This document shows positions 62,963 through 63,553 of a stretch of 63,553 nucleotides of DNA, in pieces. The translations under genes and the position numbers were made by a program. The stretch is taken from positions 118,318,750 through 118,382,302 of the forward strand of contig NC_068983.1 in the NCBI RefSeq assembly GCF_001194135.2, read 5' to 3'. Positions within the stretch are counted from its first letter, which is position 1. Each line of letters begins with the position of its first letter. The notes below the pieces were generated by a model. That model saw only the letters and a program-made list of their open reading frames with translations. It was not told the DNA's origin and did not search any database. The stretch comes from Octopus bimaculoides (Eukaryota).

Positions 62963-63553
62963 GGTAGATTTGGTTGTTAATTCTAGCGGGCCGAGTGATT
63001 GTGGTGTAATTTCCTTAGTTCACTTAAAATATTGTTATTTACGGTGTTCCATGTTTGAATCAATTTTAAAAAGCTCGCTTTGCAACCACATGGTTTCTGG
63101 TTTAGTTACATTGCGCGGCATCTTCAGTGTCATCAACTATAGTCCCGGGCCGATCAGTGCCCTGTGAATGAATTTGTTAGACGGAAACTATATAGAAGCC
63201 CGTCATGTATGTGTGTGTGTGTGTGTGTGTGTGCTCGCGCGCGCACTCCCCCTCCACTGCTTAACAACCGATGCTGGTTTATTTACGTCTCCGTAACTTA
63301 GCTTTTCGGCAAAACAGACCGGTAGAATAATTACCAGACTTAATAAGAGATAAGAATAGGGAGTCGATTTGTTCGACTAAACTCTTTAAAGTGGTGTTCC
63401 AGCATGGCTGCAGACCAGTGAGTGAAACAATTAAAAAAATAGATTGAAATGAAAAACACTTTGTAATATTCACTGGAAATTTTCGACTCTTGGATCACTA
63501 AAAGAAAATTATTAAAAAGTAATATAATTTTGGAAAATGTGTTCTATCAATCA

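Overview
AT-rich, microsatellite- and SINE-dense eukaryotic genomic DNA with eight N-gaps. The repeat landscape suggests a coleoid cephalopod, probably Octopus (inference). The main gene is vezatin (VEZT) on the + strand. I traced 11 coding exons from 3043 to the stop at 32417. The first coding exon was not found and probably lies upstream of the window. At least one internal exon is missing, most likely inside the 11498-12294 gap. One intron (9581-10134) has U12 minor-spliceosome signals. A probable first coding exon of a second + strand gene is at 61994-62110, downstream of a CpG-richer promoter-like region. Weakly supported exon candidates for a - strand gene are at 56372-56728 and 50080-50280. 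The rest is transposon debris: four SINE-like families, two mariner relics, RTE, CR1-like, Tx1/L1-like and Penelope fragments, and many hairpin/foldback MITEs with different termini. The most unusual signals are (1) a minimal type-I hammerhead ribozyme core on the sense strand of a VEZT intron (14469-14516), (2) a 215-bp palindromic element with inverted telomeric TTAGGG arrays and a 6-bp target-site duplication (62748-62962), and (3) long near-perfect hairpins and inverted SINE pairs that could be ADAR substrates. All alignments and homology calls were made by eye and from memory; no searches were run.
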